Part shown: piece by piece, positions 63,615 to 64,000 of the stretch
Layout: each line of letters begins with the position of its first letter
How positions within the stretch are numbered: position 1 is the first letter of the stretch
Assembly: GCF_009914755.1 (NCBI RefSeq)
Contig: NC_060938.1
Direction: 5' to 3' (one strand)
DNA from: the human T2T-CHM13v2.0 reference genome, Homo sapiens
DNA: 64,000 bases
Position numbers and translations under genes: made by a program
The notes under the pieces: model-generated
Told to the model about the DNA's origin: nothing
Databases searched by the model: none
The model's input: only the letters and a program-made list of their open reading frames with translations

Positions 63615-64000
63615 TTTGAAGACAATTCTCCATGGGTCGCTTGCATTTCTGCATGTATAGTGAAAAGTCTTTGACAGCTTTTATTCCAGACTGTCTTTTT
63701 AAGAGTACTTGAGTATCTCAGATGATCCAGATAGTTTCTCCCTCCTGGAAAGAGAGCAGATTTTTCCTCCTGACCAGGATAATAAAATCATACCTCTCAC
63801 TTTGGAGAATAGTGTCTCCCTCCAGGGCAAAACGCGGGCAGGAGTGCTAGCAGCCTTCTCTAAACGATTGTTTCCCAAGCTTGAGATTTCTGAGCCGTGA
63901 CGGGTGCTCAGCATCCACCCGGGTCCACCTCTGTGTAACATTCAGCGGACCTGACAGGTAGGAGTCATCAAAGCAAACATGAGGCTCATGCACCCTGCTG
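63615..64000. mobile_element. Possible ERVL-class LTR (LTR47-like)
   Basis: gacaattctccatgggtc...catttctgca...gtgtctccctccagggcaaa; recognition is tentative. Confidence 0.4.

Overview
Primate (very likely human) genomic DNA containing the 3' part of RIN3 (Ras and Rab interactor 3, a VPS9-domain Rab5/Rab31 GEF) on the + strand. Six coding exons with canonical AG/GT boundaries splice into one open frame: 11013-11104, 21351-22844, 28930-29238, 46262-46393, 54778-54941 and 57717-58040. From recall of the 10-exon transcript, these are exons 5-10. They encode the end of the SH2 region, the proline-rich region, the RIN-homology region, VPS9 and the RA domain. A 3' UTR with AATAAA at 58760 follows, and a CpG island with a CTCF-like site covers the last intron and exon. 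The rest is intronic or intergenic DNA with about 35 Alu copies plus MIR, L1, L2, MaLR LTRs and hAT/Tigger DNA transposon fossils. I see no convincing new multi-gene system; nearly all other ORFs in the track are Alu, tandem-repeat or GC-rich artefacts. The most notable features are: a ~1.1 kb dimeric 52-bp VNTR just upstream of exon 5; a ~200-bp inverted copy of neighbouring DNA inserted inside an MLT1 LTR; smaller templated or duplicated junctions; an Alu monomer with its own TSD; a ~1 kb YCAY tract after a frame-symmetric exon; and two apparent non-reference coding alleles (R215 and a 7-Gly tract). Repeat family names are by-eye recognition and their boundaries are approximate.
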